From Octopus sinensis (lineage: Eukaryota), in assembly GCF_006345805.1 (NCBI RefSeq), contig NW_021826264.1:1-35972 (forward strand): a stretch of 35,972 bases of DNA. The letters are read 5' to 3'. The position numbers and the translations under genes were made by a program. Position 1 is the first letter of the stretch. Each line of letters begins with the position of its first letter. Below, one piece after another: positions 11,051 through 23,738 of the stretch. The notes under the pieces are model-generated. The model saw nothing but the letters and a program-made list of their open reading frames with translations. It was not told where the DNA came from and searched no databases.

Positions 11051-12402
11051 GTGTATGCATGCATATATATATACACAAATATATCCATACATAGGTACAT
11101 ACGTACATACAGACTTACGCTCATACAAATATGCATATATACATACATAGATGCATACATAGATACATACATAGATACATACATGCATGCACGCATACAT
11201 ACATACATACATAGATACATACATACATACATACACACATACGCACATACATACGTACGTACATACATACATACATACATACATACATACATACATACAT
11301 ACATACATACATGCATGCATACACGCATACACACATACATACATACATACATACATACATACATACATGCATACATACATACATACATACATACATGCTA
11401 CATACATACATACATACATACATAAATACATACATACAACATACATACACATACACGACATACATATATACATACATACATACATACATACATGATGACA
11501 TACATACATACATACATACATACTACATACATACATACATACATCATACATATGACTAATGCATCATATATGTGTAGCATGCATATATATATATACACAT
11601 ATATATCCATACTTAAGTACATACGTACATACAGACTTACGCACATACAAACATGCATATATACATACATAGATACATACATGCAAGCATACATACATAC
11701 ATACATACATACATGCATACATACATACATATGTGTATGCATGCATATAGATATATATATATATATACAGACATATATCCATACTTAGGTACGTAGGTAC
11801 ATACTGACTTACGCACATACAAACATGCATATATACATACATAGATACATAGTACATACATGCATACAACATACATACATACATACATACATACATACAT
11901 GCATACAATATGGTATGATGATTATATATCACATATATATCCTATTAGGTACATACGTACATACTGACTTACGCACATACAAACATGCATATATACATAC
12001 ATTATACATACATGCATACATACATAATACATACATACGCATACATACATACAGTATGCATGCATATATACACATATATATCCATACTTAGGTACATACG
12101 TATACAGACTTACGCACATACAAAATGCTACATACATACATACATGCATGCATACACGCATAATACATACATACATACATACATACATACATACATACAA
12201 CATTATGTGTATGCATGCATATATATATACACAAATATATCCATACATAGGTACATACGTACATACAGACTTACGCTCATACAAATATGCATACATACAT
12301 ACATAGATACATACATGCATGCACGCATACATACATAATACATACATACATACATACATACATACACACATACGCACATACATACATACATACATACATA
12401 CA

Positions 12403-12434
<32 letters not shown>

Positions 12435-12450
12435 ACAGACATGCATGCAT
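10096..12450. repeat. (ACAT)n-based complex satellite with about 160-bp monomers and a 1.16-kb higher-order duplication
   Basis: The anchor gacttacgc recurs ten times (about 10475, 10636, 10802, 10954, 11112, 11634, 11806, 11966, 12107, 12268). Confidence 0.9.
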
Positions 12451-12495
12451 TTACAAGCATGGTGGAACTACCCCACTATATATATATTTCTCGCT

Positions 12496-12557
<62 letters not shown>

Positions 12558-12710
12558 TCTATGTATCTATCTCTATTTCCTTTTTTCTTTCCATTTCTCT
12601 GCCCTATCTCCCTCTCTTCCCTCTCTGTTTGTTCGTCTCTTTCTCTCTTTCGCCTCCGCTGAAACATGATGTTCCTAACGCATTGTCATCCCCTCCCCAT
12701 TGTATACCTA

Positions 12711-12749
<39 letters not shown>

Positions 12750-13069
12750 CACACACAGCATATGTTAGCACAGACACATGTGGAAAACATGCTGTAACTG
12801 TACAATAGCCATCCTTAGTTCAAATTTGCTCTTCATCTTCATCTTTTCGAGGTGGATAAAATATGCACCAGTTGAGGACTGGGCAGGGGGTGTCGATGTA
12901 ATCGACTAAGCCCTCTTCTAACAAATTTCAGATTTTGTGACTCTAGTGGATGAAAAAAAAAATTTTTTAATAGGCACAAGGCACAAGATAGTCAAATACA
13001 GCGACACCAGTAGTTTAACTTGCTTAACTAAGTTAAATACTGGTACATTATTTTATCATTCCCAAAAAG

Positions 13070-13430
13070 CAACCACATGGTTCAGGGTTCAGTCCCACTG
13101 CGTGGCACCTTGGACAAATGTCTTCTCTTATAGCCTCGGGCCGACCAAAGAATTGTGAGTGGATTTGGTAGACGGAAACTGAAAGAAGCCCGTCGTATGT
13201 ATATATATATATATATATATGTGTGTGTGGTGTGTGTGTATGAAAGGGTGTATGTTTGTGTGTCTGTGCTTGACAACCGATGCTGGTATGTTTACGTCCC
13301 CGTAACTTAGCAGATAGAATAAGTACTAGGCTTGCAAAGAATAAGTCCTGGGGGTTGATTTTCTTGACTAAAGGCGGTGTTCCAGCGTGGCTGCAGTCAA
13401 ATAACTGAAACAAATAAAAGAATAAAAGGA
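13070..13430 (+). mobile_element. SINE family A, 5' truncated
   Basis: Matches the 15866 copy from caaccacatggttc onward. Confidence 0.88.
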
Positions 13431-13491
13431 AAAAGTATGAAAGGATAACTTTAACCTGGGTATGATTTGAAACTCAATACCATAGTCATCT

Positions 13492-14036
13492 TAAGGCGGC
13501 GAGCTGGCAGAAGCGTTAGAACGCAGAGCAAAATACTAAGCGGTATTTCGTCTGCCGCTACGTTCTGAGTTCAAATTCCGCTGAGGTTGACTTTGCCTTT
13601 CATCCTTTCGGGGTCAATTAAATAAGTACCAGTTACGCACTGGGGTCGATATAATCGACTTAATCCGATTGTCTGTCCTTCTTTGTCCCCTCTGTGTTTA
13701 GCCCCTTGTGGGTAATAAAGAAATAGGTACTTCGTCTGTCTTTACGTTCTGAGTTCAAATTCCGCCGAGGTCGACTTTGCTTTTCATCCTTTCGAGGTCG
13801 ATAAGTTAAGTACCAGTTGTGTACTGAGGTCGATCGAATTGACTGCCCTCCGCCCAAAGATTTCGAGCCTTGTGCTTAGAGTAGAAAAGAATAATACCTA
13901 TTTCTTTATTACCCACAAGGGGCTGAACATAGAGGGGACAAACATGAACAGACATAGGTATTAAGTCGATTATATCGACCCCAGTGCTTAACTGGTACTT
14001 AATTTATCGACCCCGAAAGGATGAAAGGCAAAGTCG
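13492..14036. mobile_element. Cluster of SINE family C: + copy (13492-13729), partial + copy (13730-13894), inverted partial copy (13895-14036)
   Basis: taaggcggcgagctggcag head, gagttcaaattcc box B, shared core gactttgcctttcatcctttcggggtcga...aagtaccag. Confidence 0.85.
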
Positions 14037-14104
14037 AACCATAGTGATCTAAAAATATGCAACACGTACACGTGAGTCAAATAAAAATAAAGAACATATG
14101 CATG

Positions 14105-14780
14105 CAAACACACACACACACACACACATACACATACACACACACACATACACACACACACATACACACACACATACACATACACACACACACATACACA
14201 CACACACATACACACACACACATCCATGATCACATATACGCATACTCACACAAGCACACATACACTGAGCAATCCAGTAAGCAACAGATATTGCATAGAC
14301 ACACATAGGCTACACATTCACACACACACATATATGCGTATACACATACATACACATATATTCTTAAACATGCACGCACACACACACAAACACATACACA
14401 CACACACATGTATATACATACAGAAACATGCGTAATAAACTACAATATATATTACATCCATATATACATACATACATACATACATACATACATACATACA
14501 TACATACATACATACATACATACACATTCACACAAGCACACACACAGATACATAGAGAGCACACATTACACGCACACACACTCATATATATATATATAAA
14601 CATACACATGTACACACATATATATACACTTACACACACACTTGGCAATTTAGCTTGCAAAATATGCTACACAAGCATACACACTTACACAACACACACA
14701 CGCATACACACAACCGCGCACACACATATACCCTCATACACATATACACACTTAGACACACCCAGACCACACACACGCGC
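14105..14780. repeat. Degenerate (CA)n/(CATA)n low-complexity tract
   Basis: Direct reading. Confidence 0.85.
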
Positions 14781-15002
14781 GATTTACAATGCACGTGCAG
14801 ACGAACACCAGCCGAGAGGAGACATTTTAAAGACATTTTTTTTTCACCAAAAGTCGCGTTTTTGTGGGATTTATTTTTTTTTACTTTTGCTGTATTGTTG
14901 GACTTTTTTGTTTTTGTTATTTTTTTTTTTTTTCAATTCAGTAAATTTTTAGTGTTTAAGGAGAGAAAGATCGTTGTTTACTGGTTGAAGTGGTGATTGT
15001 GA

Positions 15003-15063
<61 letters not shown>

Positions 15064-15415
15064 GGTGGTGTGGTGGTGGTGGTGGTGGTGGTGGTGGTAG
15101 TGGTGGTAGTAGTAGTGGGAGGAGGAGGAGGAGGAGTAGTGGTGGTGGTGGTGGTGGTAGTAGTAGTAGTAGTAATGGTGGTGGTGGTGGTGGTGGTGGT
15201 GGTGGTGGTGGTAGTAGTGGTAGGAGGAGGAGGAGGAGGAGGAGTAGTGGTGGTGGTGGTGGTGGTAGTAGTAGTAGTAGTAATGGTAGTGGTTGTGGTG
15301 GTGGTGAAAGTAGTAGTAGTAGTAGTAATGGTAGTGGTTGTGGTGGTGGTGAAAGTAGTAGTAGTAGTAGTAATGGTAGTGGTTGTGAAAGTAGTAGTAG
15401 TAGTAGTAGTAGTAA

Positions 15416-15456
<41 letters not shown>

Positions 15457-15605
15457 GTAATGGTAGTGGTTGTGGTGGTGGTGGTGGTGGTCGGTCGTCG
15501 TCGTCGTCGTTGTCGTGGTCATGTGGCGGTTGTTAGTAGCAGTAGCAGTAGCAGTGATGGTGGAGGAAGTGGTGGTGATGGTGGTGGTAGTAGTAGTAAT
15601 AGTAG
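15003..15605. repeat. Compound trinucleotide array (GTA)n/(GTG)n/(GGA)n with repeated sub-blocks
   Basis: Direct reading. The block gtaatggtagtggttgtg recurs four times, and the GGA block twice. Confidence 0.92.
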
Positions 15606-15865
15606 AGGTTCTTTTACATATTTATTTGCTTTCATTTAAAATTTTTTGTTTATTTGTTTGTTTACAATTTATGAACAATCAACAGCAGTCATTTAACAAA
15701 AATAATAAATTTCCAAAACCAAGAAAAAATATTTACATTAAACTGTAAATTAAAAAAAAAAAAAAAAAAAAAAGAGCCATGATTCAAAAGGTTGTGAGTG
15801 GCGAATGGAGACTAAAATGTAAATATTGATAAAGAAAAAGAAAACTCTTTGAAAACACACATATA

Positions 15866-16036
15866 GGCGCAGGAGTGGCTGTGTGGTAAGTAGCTTGCTG
15901 ACCAACCACATGGTTCCGGGTTCAGTCCCACTGCGTGGCATCTTGGGCAAGTGTCTTCTGCTATAGCCCCGGGCCGACCAATGCCTTGTGAGTGGATTTG
16001 GTAGACGGAAACTGAAAGAAGCCTGTCGTATATATG

Positions 16037-16071
<35 letters not shown>

Positions 16072-16275
16072 TTGTCCCCCTAGCATTGCTTGACAACCGA
16101 TGCTGGTGTGTTTACGTCCCCGTCACTTAGCGGTTCGGCAAAAAGAGACCGATAGAATAAGTACTGGGCTTACAAAGAATAAGTCCCGGGGTCGATTTGC
16201 TCGACTAAAGGCGGTGCTCCAGCATGGCCGCAGTCAAATGACTGAAACAAGTAAAAGAGTAAAAGAGCAAAGAGA
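15866..16275 (+). mobile_element. SINE family A, full length
   Basis: Complete head ggcgcaggagtggctgtgtggtaag, internal (TA)(TG)n, (gtaaaaga)n tail. Confidence 0.93.
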
Positions 16276-16724
16276 GAGTAGGACCATTTCTTGATAAGGT
16301 GTTCTTTATTTCATAAAATACAATAAAAACAAATCAAAATATTTTTTTTTGTCTGACAATACACTCGCAAGGAATAAAAATGTCGAGTATGCCGGCTTTA
16401 GTATATGAGTGGTACTTTGTAAGTTAGGTACCAGTAAATATGGATAATAGGTGAAGTCGATCAGGCCGGGATTTGAACTCGGGAAAATAGAGAGCCAGAG
16501 CTAAACAGCGCGTGCGGCACATTGTACCCATGCTCTAAGATTTTAATAATTCTATCAGAGAGAGAGAGAGAGAGAGGTATATCTTGCATGTATATAGATA
16601 TTTATATACATATGATATACATATAATTATTATATATTTATATTTTATGTGTATATATGTGTATATATATGTATTGTATAGAGTATGTAGTAAATATATA
16701 TGTACGTATATGCGTGTATGTGTG

Positions 16725-16756
<32 letters not shown>

Positions 16757-16932
16757 TGACAGATACTAGAAACGTATACACAACAATATACATATACACA
16801 CCACACACAATATATATAATATAATATATATATATTATATATAATATATATATATATAAAATGCACTCATATAATATAATATATTTTATATGCATATATA
16901 TATATATATATATATATTATCATATATATTTT

Positions 16933-17013
<81 letters not shown>

Positions 17014-17036
17014 GGATGGATAGATAGACAGACAGA
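16933..17036. repeat. (GATA)n microsatellite
   Basis: Direct reading. Confidence 0.95.
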
Positions 17037-18992
17037 CATTTTTTAATTTTTTTATCGCAAAATGTAAAAAAAAATTAGTCTTTCCTGTAACCGTTTTTCT
17101 TCGTTTAAAATTTTGCAACTAATTTACTCACACACATACACACTCGTATATACGATACGTGTGTGTACGAGAGTGTATGTGTGTGCAAGTGACTGTTTAC
17201 GCGTGCGCGCATTTAAAAATTTCTTTTAAATTTTTAAATTTGAGCGGGATGGGAGATATGTGTGTGTGTGTGTATGTGTGTCTGTAAAGTGATTTAATTC
17301 CACCAAAGCTTCGTAGAGTAAAATAACAATATATAACAACATAAACCATCATATATAAATTTTTTTGTCAACTTTTCCGTTTTTTTGTGTTTTGAAAAAT
17401 TTAAATTGGTGTGAGTAAAAAGAAATCAAAGTTTTAAAATTTTAAAATAAAATTTTATATTTTTCGTTATTTTCTTCACTTTTTTCATTCAAATTAAATT
17501 TAATTCATTTTATTCTTCAAACGAGCTGATGTCGCTAATCTGTCCTTTTTCCATGTTGCACTTCTCCTGGTTTTGTTCGTTGGTTGGTTGGTTGGTGGTG
17601 ACTTGTGGTTGGTGTTTCTTATTTGGTGACGCTTGTTTGTTGTTTAGTGTGTGACTCGTATTCGTCGTTACTGCTTTGCTGGTGCTGGTGCTGCTGCTGC
17701 TGCTACTGGTGTTGTTGTTGCTAGTATTAATAGTGATGATGTTGGTGTTGGTGTTGTTGACTGTGCTGCTGGTGGTGGCGGACTTCCGCGCTCCTCTTCC
17801 TGGATTTATTATATATTTATTGTATATTTTTTTCATTCTATTTATTTTATTACATGCAACAAAAAAAAAAAAAAACATACACACACATACAAAACTGCTT
17901 TCTTGATTTTAATATTTTTACCTTTAATTTTTACATTTATTTCTAACATTATTAGAAGTTTTTTTTTCCTCTTTATATACATTTCTATATTTTCATTTTT
18001 TTAAAGAAAAGAAGACACAACAAAAACGTTATTTTTTGGTATTTTAGCTAAGGTGTTTTATGATTTTTTCCTTAGTAAAAATACTATATTTTTATACGTA
18101 TTTTAGTGGATTTCATTACGGCTATTTTCTCTCTCTCTTCCCCTCTCTCTTTCTCTCTTCATTTTTCTATTTTATTTTGCCATATATTTCTTTTTCTATT
18201 CAATTTATTTATTTGTTTATTTATTCATTTATTCATACAGCCCCTTTTTTTTATTTTCAAGGCGAGGGTTTGTAAAGCTTTCCATTGAGGATGTTGGTTT
18301 AGCTTTTCTGCTTGTTTGTTTGTTTTCATGCTTTATGCTTAATCCATACACACACACACACGCGCGCACACACAGTGCATCACTCCTATGCTTAATATTT
18401 TTATTATTATTATTTGTATATCCTTTGAAGAAGCGGGCTTCTGGGAGAGACAGACAGACACAGAGAGAGCACGGTCGTCTGCCGTTTTATTGGTCGCCAT
18501 CATTTGTTTGGTTGGTGTGGAGTGTGACAACAGTCAGTCAGTCACTGCTCTACATATTTCAATGGTTTTTATTATATTTCTTTCTGCGTGCAATTTTTTT
18601 CGTTCATTTTTCTTTTTCTTTTTCGCTACATTATTGTTTTCTTTTTTTTTTTTGTCCTTTTGTTTGTTTGTTTGTTTTGAACATTGGTTTATTTTATTTG
18701 TTTCTACTTCTCGTCCATACACTCCTAAAAATACACACACACACACACACATATACATATACATGCACAGACGCACACATACAAATACATATATATACAC
18801 ACATACACACACATCACTGGCTTTCTCCCTCCCTCTCCTCTACCTTCTCTTCCCCCCCTCTCTCTCTCATATATATATATATTAACTGTGACTTCGAAGT
18901 TTCGCCTAACGTGTTGTGTATTCAAACGTCTCTGTATCTTTCCATGCTAATCTCTCATTTCTTTCTCTCTTTTTATCTATCTACATCTATAT

Positions 18993-19226
18993 AGGGAGAA
19001 GGAGAGAGAAAGAGAGAGAGAGAGAAAGATAGAGAGAGAGAAAAAGAGAGAGAGAGAGAAAGAGAGAGAGATAAAGAGAGAGAGAGAGCCACATACACAC
19101 TTACACAGACACACACACACCTAAGCTTTCATAATCCTCATAGATTCTCCCAGTATCTCCTCACTTCTTCTCGTCTGTTTGCTTTTCTCTAATTTCTAAT
19201 CTTCCGTCGCTTCAACTCTTATTTCT

Positions 19227-19286
<60 letters not shown>

Positions 19287-19335
19287 TGGTTTCCCCTCTT
19301 TCACTCTCTCCCACTCTCCCCTTCTCTCTCTCGTT
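18993..19335. repeat. (GA)n tract followed by (CT)n tract
   Basis: (GA)n at about 18993-19088 and (CT)n at about 19226-19283. Confidence 0.85.
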
Positions 19336-19807
19336 CCTTTTCTGAATTCTTCATCTTATCCTTATTGCTCTCCTTTTCATTTCGTTTCCTTTCTTATCCC
19401 TTTCAACCTATCTATTTCATATCTCTATATTGGCTCAACGAAGCAACCTCTAAGTAATCTGTCTCTTCGCAAGAAATAACAGCAACATTTCCCTCAAACC
19501 ACATCCTTCCGTCTTACAAAACAAAAAGCCAAAACATACACTGGATAATGCAATCAGGGGTACATTAAATTTGAAAAACAAAAATAATGGGATTCGACAT
19601 GGCTGGAAAACCTAACTTCATAAAGTCTGCTCCATCAGAGCCGACTTCAAGCTCAAAACAATAACATTAGCTCAGTATTTTCTACACTAACCCCTCCTTT
19701 TGTTCCCTTTTCCCCATTTCCCCTTTAATTTTCAATTTTCTAAATGTATTCTTCCGTACATCCCTTCATCGCTCTCTATCACCCACTCTCGCTCTCCATC
19801 TTTCCAT

Positions 19808-19825
19808 TTATCTATCTATCTATCC

Positions 19826-19865
<40 letters not shown>

Positions 19866-19873
19866 CTATCTAA

Positions 19874-19910
<37 letters not shown>

Positions 19911-19911
19911 C

Positions 19912-19975
<64 letters not shown>

Positions 19976-20020
19976 CTATCTAACTAACTATCTATCTATC
20001 TCTATCTATCTATCTATCAA
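19808..20020. repeat. (CTAT)n microsatellite
   Basis: Direct reading. Confidence 0.95.
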
Positions 20021-20131
20021 TCATCTTTCTCCCTCTTTTCGCTCTTATCTCCTACTCTCTATCCTTTTCTTTTAACTCCCTCCTTTATTCATCCCTACTT
20101 ATATCTATCTCTCTCTTTCTCCTATCCTGCT

Positions 20132-20164
<33 letters not shown>

Positions 20165-20231
20165 AATACTGTATATATATGTAGATAGACAGATAGACAT
20201 ACACACATCCACGCACAAACACAAACCACAC

Positions 20232-20263
<32 letters not shown>

Positions 20264-20267
20264 TACC

Positions 20268-20493
20268 TTTTGTTTTACTTGTTTCACTCATTGGACTTCG
20301 GTCATACTGAGGCACTGCTGTGAAGGCTTTAGTCGAACAAATCGACACCAGTACTTACTCTATCGATCTCTTTTTAGCGAGGCGCTAGCTTACGAGAACT
20401 TAAAGCGGTAATGGGCGACAAACATACACACGAAGACACACACACACATACAAATATATATGTATATACTGAACAAGTAAAGAATAAAGAATG

Positions 20494-20544
<51 letters not shown>

Positions 20545-20689
20545 ATATATAATATCTACTTATTAATCGTTCTCTTTTGCTGAACCGCTAAGTTACGGGG
20601 ACATAGACACACCAACATCGGTTGTCAAGCGATGGTGGGGAGACAAACAGACACACACACACACACACAGGCACACACAGAAACCCACA

Positions 20690-20730
<41 letters not shown>
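20268..20730 (-). mobile_element. Two degraded 3' fragments of SINE family A separated by (TA)n
   Basis: ttttacttgtttca...gtcgaacaaatcgac and ctcttttgctgaaccgctaagttacggggac match the family A reverse complement. Confidence 0.7.
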
Positions 20731-20733
<3 letters not shown>

Positions 20734-20909
20734 GTATTCAAATGTTGATTTTTGTCAGATAAATGAAGAGAGATTGAATACATGTCAGAGAATATGGTTT
20801 ATATGGATTGAATTCGTTTCTCCTTAAAGGCTTTCCAATTATGACCACCATTTCATCGTGTTTTCAACTGTACGTCTCATGCTACTTTATTCAATATCTA
20901 ATAGATATA

Positions 20910-21149
20910 GGCGTAGGCGTGGCTGTGTGGTAAGAAGTTTGCTTACCAACCTCATGGCTTTGAGTTCAGTCCCACTGCAAGGCGCTTTGGGCAAATGTTT
21001 TCTATTATAGCCCCAGGACGACCAAATAGTGGATTTGGTAGACCGAAACTGAAAGAAGCCTGTCATATACATTAATATATATGTGTGTGTCCCCCACCAA
21101 CGCTTGCTAACCGGTGTTGATGTGTTTACGTCCCCGTAATTTAGCGGTT
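20910..21149 (+). mobile_element. SINE family A, 3' truncated, abutting an inverted family A fragment (about 21152-21385)
   Basis: ggcgtaggcgtggctgtgtggtaag head through tttacgtccccgtaatttagcgg. Downstream gctaagttatggggacgtaaac is its reverse complement. Confidence 0.8.
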
Positions 21150-21411
21150 TAAGTCATAGGACTGAGGCCTTCCTGGAACACCATATTGAAAGCCTCAGTT
21201 GAACACATCAACGCAGTATTTTGCTCTATCGCTCTCTCTCTCTCTCACTCTCTCTCTCTCTCTCTCTCTCTCACTCACTCTCCCCCTCTCTTTCTCTCGC
21301 CGTATTGCTAAGTTATGGGGACGTAAACAAATCAACACCGGGTTCCACTTGATGGGGGAACAACCAGAAAGACACACACACACACACAAACAACATATAT
21401 ATATATATATA

Positions 21412-21808
21412 CTAGTAGTATCGCCCGGCATTGCTCGGGTTTGTAAGGGAAATAACTATATAAGCATTTTTAGAGATGTAAAGTATAATAGCCATCTCAA
21501 TATGGCTAACCACAAAGGGGGGTTGTTACTGTAGCTTTTTACGTTCTGAGATTTGATAATAAATTTTTAGAGAGTTACTTCCCTTATATATGCAAAAAAA
21601 TGCATTAAAAATGGGAAAAATTGATGGTAAATTTTTTTTTTAATCGTAGAGACTCATCGTAGACGCGCGCTAATACCAGAAGGGCTCGATATGAATCACG
21701 ACTATAAGATACCCACTTTTGGTTAAACTGCACCGCAAAATGTGGGAGTAGTTAGAAATCTAAATCGTAGGAGACAGACGGCACACAACCTCACTTTTAT
21801 ATATAAGA
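21412..21808 (-). mobile_element. Non-autonomous Helitron
   Basis: On the minus strand: A|TCTTATATATAAAAG 5' end, hairpin cccgagcaatgccggg (21424-21439), CTAG|T 3' end. Canonical A/T insertion site. Confidence 0.82.
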
Positions 21809-21811
21809 TAT

Positions 21812-21864
<53 letters not shown>

Positions 21865-21889
21865 TATATATATATATATTATATAATAG

Positions 21890-22288
21890 ATATAGAAAAT
21901 AGTAAAAAGTGAAAAAACTACAGAAGGCTTGTTTTAAAAGGTTAAAGAATATATATTTAAGTCAATATGTCTGAAGAATATTATAAATTTTTCTTACAAT
22001 GACATCATTTAGAGAAAGACCGGTTTCGCGTTTAGCTTTTCAAATTTCTTACGTCGTTATGTTTATGTTGAGAAGAGTTATCGTTATGTTTATGTTGAAA
22101 AGAGTTCTAAATAAGGGAGGTAATAAGTGACTTCTTCCGGTGTAAGGGAGATAATCGCTTAAAATTTTTTTAGTCATTGTAAGAAAAAAATTTATAATAT
22201 TCTTCAGACATATTGACTTAAATATATATTCTTTAACCTTTTAAAACAAGCCTTCTGTAGTTTTTTCACTTTTTACTATTTTCTATAT
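21890..22288. mobile_element. Fold-back element with 114/116-bp inverted arms, probably derived from a Penelope-like pseudo-LTR
   Basis: 21890-22003 is the reverse complement of 22173-22288 except for a T5/A7 run. The spacer holds a degenerate hammerhead-like motif on the minus strand and a 27-bp tandem duplication (22054-22106). Confidence 0.65.
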
Positions 22289-22318
22289 ATTCAACCACAT
22301 GCTTTCAGAAACCAACTT

Positions 22319-22365
<47 letters not shown>

Positions 22366-22367
22366 TA

Positions 22368-22598
22368 CAGGGTTGGCCAAAAGTCACCTAACAGTAAATC
22401 AAAATTCCATAAATACTATCTGTAATTCTGTATTGACTCGAATGGGAAAATGTGTCGCTCAAGAAGGACTTCAGTTTGAACAATTTTCATGATGTTTCAT
22501 ATTTAGATGCTTCTATTAAATTCATTCAGTTATTAAACATAAATAAATCATGCAATTAAATGGCTTTGATTTACTGTCAGGTGGCTCTTGGCCAACCC

Positions 22599-22600
<2 letters not shown>
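22368..22600. mobile_element. Tc1/mariner-type MITE (233 bp)
   Basis: TIR CAGGGTTGGCCAAAAGTCACCTAACAGTAAATCAAA has 3 mismatches in 36 to the other end. TA on the left, TG on the right, inside a (TA)n tract. Confidence 0.85.
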
Positions 22601-22671
<71 letters not shown>

Positions 22672-23738
22672 CGGCGTACGTACACCCTTGCGCTTACCTT
22701 ATAGTAGGTATGTATCTAAATTTTGCACGACTCTTACTTTATCTTTTATTCCCCCTCTCATTTTTCTTCCTTTCCCTCTCTCCCCCTCTCTCACATTTCT
22801 TGGCCCTCTCTTTCTTTAACTCCCACTATTTCCCACTAATTTATATCCCCTGTACCTTTCCCTTTGTCTCTGATTTTTTTCTAATCTTTCAATCCCTACC
22901 CATCTCTCCTCCTTCTACGTGACCGGTGTCCGGCCAGCCATGATCTTTCTTTTTTGGCCTGACTGCCGACCGTCATCACGTCTTGTGTCCATCTCCCATG
23001 TCCCTGCCTTTAGGCTTTTACTTCATACACGCCAGCTCAATTTGATTCGTTCTCAGTCAAAAGATGCCTGTTGTTATTTCTTGTTGTTTGTATTCGTAAT
23101 TGTGTACCATGTTCGCACATTGGGCAGCTTTCAGATGAATGAATTTTGATAGAAGGAAATTCCGTGAAACCTATTCAGAATGGCTGTTTCTGTACTTGGG
23201 ATGTTAGACTTACTCTTTCCGCCCAGTTTCACCCCAACTGCCTGATTCTTGGGTACCTTTAACGGAGTCTATTATGTTACAAATATTTGGCCCAGATCCC
23301 CGTTTTAAATTGACTTCCAGACTTCTTCTCGCTAATAACGGGAAAGTTTGAAAGGGATCATAGGGGCTACTCTTTCTCTCTGGGTAAACCATGTTAAAAA
23401 AGAATCCAAAACCGATTATCGCCCCTTTTACAATTGCATTCCTAATTGGAAATTGTCTCTAATATCTAAGGATGGATTTTCGCTGCAGTTTTCGATTTTC
23501 ATTTGTCTTTTATTTCCTTCAGTCATTGAACTGCGGCCATTCTGAGGCATGTCCTTAAAAAGTTTAATCAAACAAATCAACCTCAGCAATTTTTTTTTTA
23601 AAGTCTGGTTCTTATTCTATCAGCTCCCATTACCGAACTGCTAAGCTACGGGACACGTATACAAAAAATACTAATTATGACATTGTTGAACGTGGTGAGG
23701 AGAGTAAAGCAACGCGCGTGCACACACACACAAGTATA

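Noticed and set aside
10440-12300. CRISPR-like regularly spaced repeats
   Set aside because: The spacers are themselves (ACAT)n rather than unique, the context is eukaryotic, and there are no cas genes.
9836-12808. Many long ORFs (YIHT/MYVC repeats, up to 249 aa)
   Set aside because: They are translations of (ACAT)n satellite that lacks stop codons, open on both strands with no protein signal.
14956-15639. Poly-His/Tyr and poly-Val ORFs
   Set aside because: Trinucleotide array open in several frames on both strands; no evidence of coding.
22647-23119. Possible LTR starting TGTAACGG
   Set aside because: No matching inverted end or TSD could be identified, and the TG start may belong to the adjacent (TG)n.
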